NCBI RefSeq assembly: GCF_019464535.1
Contig: NZ_CP080507.1
Location: 3,390,001 to 3,422,000 of the forward strand
DNA: 32,000 bases
Direction of reading: 5' to 3'
Source: Horticoccus luteus
Lineage (GTDB): Bacteria; Verrucomicrobiota; Verrucomicrobiia; Opitutales; Opitutaceae
Shown: in pieces, positions 1 through 12,000 of the stretch
Layout: each line of letters starts with the position of its first letter
Position numbering within the stretch: position 1 is the first letter of the stretch
Translations under genes and position numbers: made by a program
Notes under the pieces: generated by a model
What the model was told of the DNA's origin: nothing
Seen by the model: the letters and a program-made list of their open reading frames with translations, nothing else
Databases searched by the model: none

Positions 1-3000
1 TCCCGTCGTTGCGGCCATCGGCAGTGGTGTCGCCCGTCAGGTATTGCGCTGGCGCCGAAGTGACCACGTTGGCGATGTCTTTCTGGGCACCGGACGGCAT
101 GAGGATGTATTTGTCCTTCAGCCCCTTGAGCGGCAGATAATAAACGACGAGCGAGTTACTCGCCCAACTCGGCGTGTACGGTGCTGTCGAGGCAACGCCG
201 CTGAGGGTTTTATGGTTAACCGGATTGCTGTAGCTGAAGCTGTACAGCCGCATGTAACCAGTGGAGTTGAGCACGGCCTGGCGCTGCGCGTCGTTAAGAC
301 CGGTGAAATCGAGGTAGCTGTCGGACTTGTAGTCGGAGGTGACCGACGTGGCGGTGCGGCCGAGGTGATCCTCATCGCCGGCATTGGACCAATTGATCTG
401 ACTATTGAAGTAGTCGACGCCTTCGATGAGGATCGCTTTGTATTTCGAGCCATCCGGCGCGTTCGGGTTATAGTAACCGATCTGCTCCAGACTGATGTCC
501 ATCGTCTGATACTCCGAGCCCACCTTGACTTGGGTGGTGCCGATTTCCTCGGTGATCGTGGTGTATTCCAAGTGTGACTTGGGCACGACAATTTCACCGA
601 TGGCTACCTTGGTTGAACCGGTGACTTTGGTGACGGACTGCGTGGTCGTATCGTAAACTGGCACCAACACGGTGCGCTCGCCCGTGACGCTGGCGTCGGC
701 GGTCAGGATGACATCCCCACCCGCCCGCATCTTGAGTGCGCCGCCGGCCGTCACCGTGCCTTGCCCATTCACTTGAATGGTGCCGCCATGCAAATCGCTG
801 GTCGCAATCGTGCCTTCAAGCTGGGCGCGCGTCTGCAGCGTGTTGACGCCCGCGTTCATATCCAAGGTGCCGGCGGAATTCACCAACCCGTCGACGTAGA
901 GAAGGGAGTTCGCATTGATCAACATCCGCCCGGTCGTCGCCGTGACCTTTACGATGCCTTTGACGTAGATGACGTCGGCCGCAAGGTGCACCAGCGTATC
1001 GCCGATAATGATCGACTCGGGATGCGTGAGATCGACCTTGCCGTTGAGGAGGATGCTTTGCCGACCGTGGAAATAGTTGTCGGCCCCGCTGGCGGTTGCG
1101 TAAACGTGGCTGCCGGCGACGAGATTGATGCTGCCACCTTCGATCGCCACGTGGTCGCGGATATCGATCGTGCTGGTGATAATGACGTCGCCGCCGGTCG
1201 AATTGATCGTCAGCGAGGAAACCTTCGCGGCGGACGCAGGATTGCTCGGGTCGACCAACTGGCCGAGTACACCTTTAACCAGAATCGTATCGACGCCCGT
1301 GAGCGTGATGCTGCCCCCCGCCGCCGTGTCGACCGTGCCGCCGGTCAGTCGGTCGCCGTTGGCATCGAAGGTGAACTCATTAATATAGATCGAGAGGTGG
1401 GTGCCGTCAGTGCCCCCGGTGATGGAAACTTGATCGTAGGCGGAAACGAGATTGTCGATCAGGACGAGAGAATTGGAGAAGAGCGTTAGATCCGAACCGA
1501 TGTTCGCGGCCTGCACGACGCCTGAGATCTGAATATCGCCCGTGGTGCGGACATCGATCGACCCACCGGTGATAGTGTTGGCATCGGTCCATTGGCCCTG
1601 ACCTGACCGATCAAGCAGAATTGAGCTCAGATCCAGCACCGCGAAGCCGATCCCGTTCGCATCCATGCCGGATTGAATCTGGATGGCCCCTGAGGCCGCG
1701 AGGTAGCCGCCGGCAGGCACAACAGCGAAATTGGCGTCCAAGCCGTTGCCGCCAAGAATCACGGATTGTGTGCTGGTGATATAGAGATTCGAACCGGCAC
1801 CGGTCCACGAAACATCGGTGGTGTCGCTGTCAAAATCCGAGCCCGCGATCACGCGCCCAACGATGACAATACTCTGGGCTTCAAGGCGGATCTGGCTGGC
1901 GGCCCCCGAGGAGAGGATGGAGGCGTCCGCGCCGATTTGCAGCGCGCCGGCGGCGGTGATCGCGACCGCGGAATTGCCCTCCAACGTCGCGCCCATTGGA
2001 GTCGAAGTGCCCGCCACCGGATCAACATTGCCGAGCGCAACATTGCCGCCCGAAATAATTGTAAGGCGTTCGCCGGCACCGCGGACCAGCAGCCGCGTGT
2101 CATAGGCGGCAACATCGCCGCCGGAGGTCACCGAGACGGAACCCGCGAAGCTGAAGTCGCCATGGAGCGCGATCGAACCGGTGGCGGTGAAAGTGATTTC
2201 GTAGTCGTCAGTCGCAGGCGTGGTCCGGGTGCTGATGATATGGCCGTCAATATCAAGTTGGCGGCCCTTGAAGTTGAGCTGGGCACCCGTCTCGATCCGT
2301 CCGGCTTGTGCGGCGACGGAGAGTTTGCCTGTGGTGGAGGTTATCTCGATCAGGCTGACGTTGGGATTATCGCGACCGACTGTATTGTTGATGACCACAT
2401 CGTTCTGACCGGTGATCAGAATCCGGCCCGCGGTGCCGGTCGAAGTGAAGACAGCGGAGGGATCCGTTTGCACGCTGACTTCCCCGCTCTTCTCCGTGGT
2501 GCCGGCGGTGATGATGATGTCGCGGTCGGCGGTAAGGACGCCCTTGATTTCGATCGTGTTCTTGGCCGCGATGATGATGTCGGCATTGTGACCGCGGGCG
2601 ATGAACGTGCCGGTGATGACGCCCTGGCCGCCGGGGTTCAGCACAATATTGCCGCTAAGGGTCTCGATCACACCCGAAGAACTCACTTCAAGATTCTGGC
2701 CGCCGTCGGGAGCGAAACCGCTGTAGAGATTTACGGCATTGTAGCCGCGAATCCAGCCGGCGATGTAGATCTTGCCGTTCGGCGCATTCGGCCGGCCCAG
2801 ATTGGCCACGGATCCGAGTTGGCCGGCGTCGATGACATACGGACGGTTCGAGCTGGCTTGGCCTTCGCTCAACTGGGTGAACCCGAGTAGATTCGCCGCG
2901 CCGTCGGTCACCGCGTCAACGGACATTGCGGAGCCACCGGTCAGCATCAGGCGACCGTCATCGAGGCGGACCTTGATTTGAGAGGAATCAACGTGCGCCG

Positions 3001-6000
3001 TGCTGCCGATCACGGGCGTGCCTGAGGGCGAGATGAGGACCTTGAAATCGGTCGCCTCAATGGCGGTTTGAAGATCTGCCACCAAGTCGCCCAGGCCTGT
3101 ATTATCCGCAGTTGCAGATTTCAGGAGTGTCACCACGCCCGAAATCGTGTTCGTGCCCAAGTCCATCGTCAGGCGGAACGAAACGTCTGAGGTCAGATGC
3201 CCATCCACGTATTGGGCGAAGTCGGCCGCGATCAGTTCCTGCACCCAAGCCGGCGCGAGCACCGACATGTCGCCAGCGGCGCTCAAGTTGATGATGGCAT
3301 TTTGCTGCCAGGTCGCGAGGTGGACGTTGCCGCCGAGCACAATGCCCTGACCTTGCCAAAGATTGTCGGGCGTGGGGACGCCGGGATCATTGCCGCCGCG
3401 CACATCAATCAAGTGGCCGGCGGTAAGGTCGCGTCCCAAGCGGACTTGGTGACCCGCCTCGATGGTGATCGAGGAGGCGCCGCTGAAGTTCCGCGTCGTG
3501 CTGCCAAGGTAATCTCCCGCTGCATCGTAATGGTCGACAATTTCGCCGCCGGCGATGAGCAGGCCGTTGATTTCAGCATCCTGGCCGGAGCGGATGGTGA
3601 TGGTGCTGTCGGGGTTGTTGGTCGCGAGACGGGCGCCGCCCGGCATCTTCACGCCGATGTCGTCGGAATTGCCGCCGCCGATAATTGTGATGCTCTGGGT
3701 CGCGCGGATCGTGCCGCCAATCTCGACATCCTCACCGTTCAACGACCGGGTCATGGCGCCGAGATAGACTTGGCCGCTCGTTGAGATCGCGACACTGGAG
3801 TTTTCGTCCGACCACGTCGTCGTCTCACTCAACAGGTGGCCATCGGTGTCGAACGACTGCGTCTTGTTCCCGCCGGACAAGATCGTGGAGGCGACCTGAA
3901 CGTTGCCGACCGCATTGATGGTGACCGAACCGCCGCTGTTGTCTGAGGTGTAGCCGGCCGCGCTGAGGCCGGACGCTGTCGTGAGAACGACGGACAAGCC
4001 GGCATCGTCGAGGCTGGGCTGATCGGTGGTGGTGAGCGTGACGCTCTTCGCGGCCGCCAAAACTGTATCAACGTAAATGCGTTGGCCGGCGTTGACGAAG
4101 ATGGTCGAATCCGGGCCCTCGAAGGTGACTCCGGTCGGTCCGAGCTTGCCTCCGGCGACCACGGCGCCTTCGAGGATCACGTCCTGTCCGCCGGCGATTT
4201 GGACACTTGTGCCCGGCGTCGTAGTGTTGAGCGTAGTCGTGGCGCTCACGTAGACGCTGACACCGTCGGCATTGGCTTGCTTCAGGTTCGTGCCATCGAG
4301 CGAGACGCCGCCGAGCACGGTGATGTCGCCCGTGACGTTGGCCTGGCCTTCCCAATACACCCAGCGGTCGGACTGGACCACGAGATCGGAATTTGCGCCG
4401 AGGAGATTGATGTTACCGCGGATAATCGCGTCTTCGGTGCCGCTGATGACGATATCCGTGTTGTCCTGCATCGTGGTCAGTGTGCCGGCGAGGAGGAAAC
4501 CATAGCCGCGCTGGCCGAGGAGCGGATGGGGCGCTTCGATCAGGATCTCGTCGAAGACGCCGTCGTTCTGGTAGTCGCGGGCATCGATGACGTATTTGTG
4601 GCCGTCGGAATCCTGGACGATCCAACGATTAACGCCGGCCGCCGGGGTGCCGGCTGTGGCCAGGGAATCGTTGGTATAGTCGATCCCCTGGACAAACGTG
4701 GTGACCACCTGCTTACCGGCCGACGCCGCGGCGTTATAATAAACGTCGCCTTCGTAGTGGGTGTAGCCGCTCTGCGCGAGAACGCGGTATTGTTGGTCCG
4801 CCGTCAGATCGTCAAACGCGGTCCCGGTCGCCGGCACATCCACGTCGCTCCAGCTAATCTCGCTGTTCTGGTAGTCCGTGCCGGCGGCAAAGGTGAGGCG
4901 GAATTGATCGGCGGGCGCGGCCACCACGTTGTGGTAAACGACTCCCTTGAAGAGGCGATAGCCCGTCTGAGCCAGCACCACGGCCTGCTGGTCGGTCGTC
5001 AGGGATTCGAACTTCGCACCATCGTCGGGCTTGTCGACCGTGCCCCAAGTGATGTCCGCGTTATGGTAGTCGTCCCCTTCGACCAGAATTTCGCGAATTT
5101 GGTCTCCCGCCGCCTTGCTGGGGTTATAATACACAGGGCGACCGAAAACATCGTAGCCGAGGCTTTGCACGACCACCAAACGTTGGGCCGGAGTCAGATT
5201 CTCGAAGGTGGTGCCATCAGCCGGTGCCGCGACGCCCCCCCAGTCGATCTGGTTATAGGAGAAGTTCGGCGCCTGACCCTGAGTGAAGCCAGCCACCAAA
5301 GCCAATCCAAGGCTGGCGGCGGCGTTGAAATAGACGGTGCTGTTGTAAGTGGTATAGCCGAGCGCCGCCGCCACGATCGTCTTTTGCGCAAGGCTTAAGC
5401 TGGCAAAACCCGCATCAGCCGCGGGCGCACCGGCCGCGCCCCAGTAAATATCGGCGTTGCGGTAGTCGTTCACCGGGCCTTGGGAGAAGTCGTAGACTAG
5501 CTTCAGGCCCGGCACCGCGTTATAGTTGAAGAACGCATAACCGTCGTCTGTCCCGTAGCCGAGCGTCCGCGCCACCACAAGTTTTTGAACAAGCGAGAGG
5601 TCCGCGAAAGCGGTGTTGCTCGCCGGCGCCACGACGTGGCTCCAGTTCACGCTGGCGTTGTGATAATCCACGCCTTCAACGAAACCGAGGCGGTAGCGAG
5701 CCGATCCGGCGGCGTTGGGATTGGTGTAAACGACGCCGGCAAAAGGCGCGTAGCCGTCCGCCGCGGTGGCGGAGATCTCCGCCCCGGGCGCCGCGTTCGC
5801 ATTATAGTAGAGCGGTGCACCCTTGTAGAGATCGTAGCCCAAGCTCTCAATGACGACCAGCCGCTGGGCCGCGGTGAGATCATCAAATGTTGCGCTCGCA
5901 TCGGGAGCCACGACGCCTGAGGTGGACCAATCGATCTGTGCGTTGCTGTAGTCGGAGCTTTCGCCCTGGCTGAAGGTCGTGAGCACTTGCCGGCCTACCG

Positions 6001-9000
6001 GCGCCGATGCGTTGTAGAACACCGGCCCGTTCAAGGTGGTGTAGCCCAAGCTGGTGGCTACCGCCTGCTTTTGGGCAGAAGTGAGAGAGGCGAACGTCGC
6101 GTTTGCCGCGGGCGCACCCGCTGCGCCCCAGTTAATCGCGCTGTTTTGGTAGGCCGGCAAATCTCCCTCAACCAGAACGGTGGCGAAGACACCCGTCGTA
6201 GCGTTGTAGTAGGCTCCATCGGTATACACCGTGTAGCCCAACATGGTCGCCACGGCCGCCTTTTGGTCGGAAGAGAGGCTGCTAAACGGCAGAAAGTTGT
6301 CGACCGAGACGGCCGTCGCGTCGTTACCGAGTGTCAGATGCTTCGTGGCGAGGGCGGCGCGCAGATCGGCGGAGATCGTGCCGCTGTTCAGCGCGTCGAT
6401 AATAGCTTGGGTGTAAGCCACCGTGACCAAGGTGGGACCAGAGAGGTAGTCAAAATAGTCGGCAAAAGAATGCACAGTCGCCCCTGCCGAAATGGTCATG
6501 GCGCCGCCCGCGCTGACGGAGCCGGCCAATTCGAGTTCTCCGCCGGCGGCGATGGTGAGGGTCGTGTCGCGCCCGACCAAGTGCGGCACGGGTGTATCGC
6601 CATTGAAGGTATATTGCACGCCCGCCGAAATCGCACCACCCGGGTTGAGATGAAGATAGGTGCTCGACCGCAACGTGATCGTTGAGCGATTGCCATAGAC
6701 GGAGACGAACGCGCCTTCATCGATCGTCAGGCTCGTCCCGGCGGTCATTTCCACGGACGCATCGTCTCCCGTCGCAAAGATCGCGGTCGCACTGACAATC
6801 GATGCGCTCGTGGTGACGATCACACGGCTGCCATCATTCAAGCTGCCGAAGATGCTGCCGCGATCGGCGGTGATGCTGTTGGGTTCATCCCCGTAGCCCA
6901 CGATTTGATTGACGCCGGTGGTGCCGTTGACGGTCACCTCGAGCAGGTCACCGCCGCGCAGCCAACCGCTGACGACGAGCTGTTCGGTGATGTTGATATG
7001 GGTGCGCGGAGCAGTGACGCCGGAATCGGGTGCTCCCAACGGGTCGCGGACGTTGTTGCGCAGGACCTCCATGTAGCCCCCGACAAACGTGAGGTCTGTG
7101 GTGGACTGAACGTCGCCCTGCACCACGATGTGATCGGCGACGAGCACGGCGGCATCCGTGAAGCGCGCCTTAAAGTTGAAGTAGCCGATCGTCTCGTCTT
7201 CGACGTCGCCGACATACATCATGACATTGCTCGCTTGGTGACCGATGGCGATCCCGCTGAAGCCGTCTTGCAGCGCCGACAGATCGGTCATTCCCAGATC
7301 GAGATAACCCGTTGCACCCGCCGTAGAGTAGTCGCGGCCGTAGGTCGACTGGGCCGAGCCGCCGATATGATAATTTTGGAGCGGGCTGGTGGAGCGAATG
7401 GTCAGCGAGCCGAGGCCGCTCACTTTATCGTCGCCGGAGACAAAGTCCATGTCGTCGGCAGTGAGGCGAATATTGCCGCCGCCGTTGGCGGTGGAGAGAA
7501 CACCGCTGGCCAGCGTGAGCAACGCTTCACGGCCAGCCAGCTGGACATCGATCGCACCTGCGGCGGTATAGAGTCCGCCATTGGTTGAGTTGTCGTCGAC
7601 AATATTGAGATCGTCAGCTTCGCGGACCGTGAGGTTGGCCAGCAAGCCCGCGGGGGCGTTGTTGACGACCGAGAGTTCGGCGAGCTGGGTATTCAAGGTG
7701 CCGTCGATGCCGCCCGCGGTGTGAATACTGAGCAGGGCGGTCGGCGCCTTGAAGATGATATTTTGGACGTTGAGGACACCCGCTGCATCAATGAACAGAT
7801 CGGTCGCGCCCCAGCTCGCATTCGGCGCACTCTTGAAGGTGGTCGTGGCCGCCGAGTCCGTGATTTCCACCCGGTCGACGTTGTCGTCGAAATCGAGCGT
7901 GCGGTTTTGGTAGAGAAACTCGTGGTTGTTGAAGTTCAGCGCCTCGGTCGATGTCAGAGGATCGATGATGACGCGGTCGAAGCCGGCGCCGCCACCAATG
8001 TAGGCGTAGCCGCTCAGATTAACATGGATGGTGTTATTACCGCCGCCGAGGGAGACGGTGTCGCTGCTGCCGTCAAGGTAGAGGGTATCGTTGCCACTAC
8101 CGGTGCTGATGACATTGGTCCCGGAGCCCATGTCGATAACGACATCACCGCTGCCGCCGATAAAGGAGTCGTCACCATCATCCCCGTAATAGTGAATGCC
8201 GCTGACGCCGCCACCGACGAGCTGGTCTTTCCCCGCGCCGCCGTGAATGGTGCTGGAACTCGCGCCGCCCGCGATAAGGAAGACGTCATTGCCGTCGCCG
8301 CCATCGAAGACGAGTTTCGCGGTCACGCCGGCGGCGACTTGGATGGAGTCGTTGCCGTCACCTCCGTCCGCGATGATGGTATTGATGCCGTAGTATACAG
8401 AGGTGACGCCCAGCGAGGAGACACTCAGGCCGCCGTCGCCGTTGGGCTTGATCAGGTAGCTTTCATTCTTGATGTCGGCGTATAGGTCTTTGCCTGGCTG
8501 GTCGCGGTAGATGCCGCGCGGACCCATGTTGAGGTAGAGAGTATCGCCCACTTGCGTGGCGATGATGGGGGGTGCGCCCCAACTCCACGACATGCCTACG
8601 GAGAAACTGATGCCGACAATCGTGACCCGCAGGTTCATCGAGGCGTTGGCTTCGGTGAGTTTGATGGTAGCGTCCACGCCGGCCAAGGTCGCATGAATCT
8701 TGAACAGACCCATGTTGATGGAGAGGTCCAACGATCCCCAGAAGTGACCTTCGAATCCGCTATCGCTAAACGTCAACGACATCCCGGCATTGAATTCCAG
8801 CGGCCCCAGATCGAGCGAGACGCTGACCGTGCCGTTGATTTTGAAGTGCCCGTCGGACCGAATATAGCCGCTGATGCCAACGGTAATGAAGTTGAAGAAG
8901 TTCAGGTTGGCGTGGTCGATCCGCAGTTCGAAGACGTTGTCAACGACGCTAATAGAGCCCTGCACCGCGACGGTGAAAGCGATCAGCTTCATCGTGCCAT

Positions 9001-12000
9001 CGATGCCGATTCGATACGTGTTGCCCGTGACACCGGCGTGCGTCGAGGTGCCGGTGTTCATCTCAATCAGGGCTGTCGCGTCGATGCCAATGGGGCCAAG
9101 CGCCAGCGAAGCTGTGGTAGAAATGCTCAGCGCGAACACGACGCCTTCCGATTCAGTATTGAGGAAAGCCGCCGCTCCCTGCACCGCCAGGATGCCAATC
9201 CCGATGTCGAGTTGCATGTCGAGATTCGCCTCCAGCCCCTCATCGCTAAAGATGAGTTCCAACCGCCCCTTGAATTCGATCAAATCGATCAAGGTGAGTT
9301 TGGCCCCTACCATGATTCGATAGGTGTGCGCGGCGATCGTCCCCGCTTTGAGACCATTGCCGATCAGGCTGCCGTCATCGGCTATGTTGAGTGTTTGGAT
9401 GCTTTGGGCCGTATCGGTGCTGTTGATCTCCATTTGGAACGTGCCCGTGACTTTGATCACACCGCCCAGATCCACCTGCCCGGCCAACTGGAGGGAGCCC
9501 ACTACGCCTTGGTCGTTGATCTTAAGATAGCCTGACGCGGTCAGTGTGCCAATGAAGAGCTCCGCAGTGGCATTGACCTGCAGCTCCAGTTGAAACGCTT
9601 CGAACTGAATACCAATATAGAAATCCCCGTGCAGCTTGATGAAGCCCGCGACCGTTAAATCGCCCGAACCGCGCAGGACCAGATAGGCTCCCGCGGGGCC
9701 TTCGCTCCCATCGATCTGCGGTGCTCCGGCCGTGATCGTAACGGTCGTATAGCTGACGTGTGCCTTCAGGGAATCGGGGACCGTGTAGACGAACGCCTCA
9801 CCCGTGGTGTTGAGGTAGAAGCCAAACGAAGCGTCAAAGTCCAGGACGCTCGCGAGCGTGAAGTTGGCATCCAGTTCCAGCTTCATGCCGACGCCCGCGC
9901 TTGTGATCGCCATCAAGCCGAGGGCGTGCGCGGAGAACAACTGCGTCCCGGCAATATTGATCGAAGCCGTCGCATCGATGAACATGACCATCTTCTCGTT
10001 GGTGAGCTCGAAGTCGAAAATGCCTTCGACGGAGAGCACGCCGAAAATGTCGACCTTGAGATGACCGCTCGCCGCAATGCGGAGGTTGTCGAAGTCGAGC
10101 ACGACGGGCTCGGCATCGTTGCCTGTAGGCACGGCGAAGCTGCCACCCGCAAAGCTGTGCTGAAAGTCGACGACCGCCAGGCCGCTGCTGATCGACCCGC
10201 CCAAATTCACTTCGACTTTGAAATCGGTGGCTTCGGCCGTGAGGCCGCTGATGCCGACCAAGCCTATAAAGCCCACCGATAGTTTACCTGCGAAATAGAA
10301 ACTCGGATCGGTGACATCCACCGATTGCATGAACATGAAGCCCGCATCCAGGTTGCTGAGCGCGATGCCCACCGCGGAACCGTTGGTGGTGTCATTCTCG
10401 TCGATCTTACCGCTGCCGTCGGTGTCGGAGAAATAAGGTCCGTTGAAGCCGACGAAGCCGTAAACGTCGTTCATCCCCAGGGTCATCGTGCGGACGGTCT
10501 TATGCGACCCGTCGGACAGAGTGACGTCCTGGGTCGGCCCCAGCGAGAATTCCATGCTGCCAGAAATTTGGATTATGCCAGCGATTTGGATTTCCGCGTA
10601 ACCGATCTTCAGACGGATGAGTTCGGTGCCAAAATCCAGGTCGACCGGATGCAGAGGATCGCCGGTGTCGAGGTGGTAAACGCCGTCCCGCGCTCCCGGG
10701 GCGGTTTCGTAGGTCGCCTTGAAGTCGATGCTCGGCGTCGGCAGCAGCATGGCCGCCACTGTCAGGCCGGGCACGTTGATATCGTTGAACTCGAGCACCA
10801 AATCGCGGCCGTCGAGTGTGATCACATCCCCCACTCCGACCAGTTGCACGCGATCAGTCGTGGCCTTGATCGCCATATATTTCACCGGCGAGGCGCCGTT
10901 GGGAATGACCGTCGGCGTCATGATCGCGATGCCGAGATTCAAGTTTTCCAAACTTAGCCCGATCGCGTCTGAGTTGACGGTGTCGTTGCTGTCGATGACC
11001 CCGTCATTGTTCGTATCGGACTTGTAGGGTCCGTTCAGGCCGACGAAGCCGTAAACCTGGGAGGCTCCAATCGTCATGAACTCAACCTCCTGCGTGAACG
11101 AGTGCCCAAAGCCATCGTTCACCGTGACGGTTTGCGTCGGGCCTTTCACGAAGGCGAATGAACCGCGCAAGTAGATGAAGCCCGCGACCTGCAACGTCGC
11201 CATGCTCGTGGCGAGCTTTAGAATCCGGGAATCGAAATCGAGATAGATGGGGTCGCCGCCGGTGCCGACCTGCAGCCCGGCCGGTTCTCCGATCAAGCCA
11301 TCGCCGTCGGAATCGACGCCGGCCGCTTCCGCCGGGAAGCTCGCCTTGAAGTCGATGAACGGCGAGATCGGCGAGGTAATCGAGCTGCCGTTGACCTCGA
11401 CGTCGACGTCCTTCAACTCGAATTTGAAAATGTCGCCGCCACCCACGAACGCCACGCTGCTTGCGGTCGCCCGCAACGCGTAGAACTTGGGTGTATATTT
11501 GGCCAGTTGCGCCGGGACGATCGTCGGTTCGAGGATCGCGAGCGCAAAGTTGAAGTCGTCGATCGCAAAGCCGATGGCCGAATCGCTTTTGCTATCGAAT
11601 TCGGTGATGCGGTGGTCGCCATCGGAATCGGTCCAATACGGGCCACCGATGCCGACGAACGCCCGCACGTGGGACGCCCCGAGCGTGATCGTCGACATTT
11701 CAATATTGTCGAACTCCGTTGGCAGGCCGAGCGAATCCGCGATATCGCTGCTTACACCGGTATTTATCGTGGTGCGGTAAGCCGGCCCTTTGAGGAACGA
11801 AAACCCACCGTAAACTTCGACGAAACTCGCGAGACGTATCTCGGCGTAGCCAACCGTGAGGCCAATGCGTTGCTGCCCGTCGAACGCCAGGTAGACCGGA
11901 TCCCCTCCCGTTTCGACCTTTAGCCCGAGAGGATCAGTGTCGTTGGCGGGGAAGCTCGATTGAAAATTGATGACGGGCGCCCAGCCGGTTCCTTTGGCGA

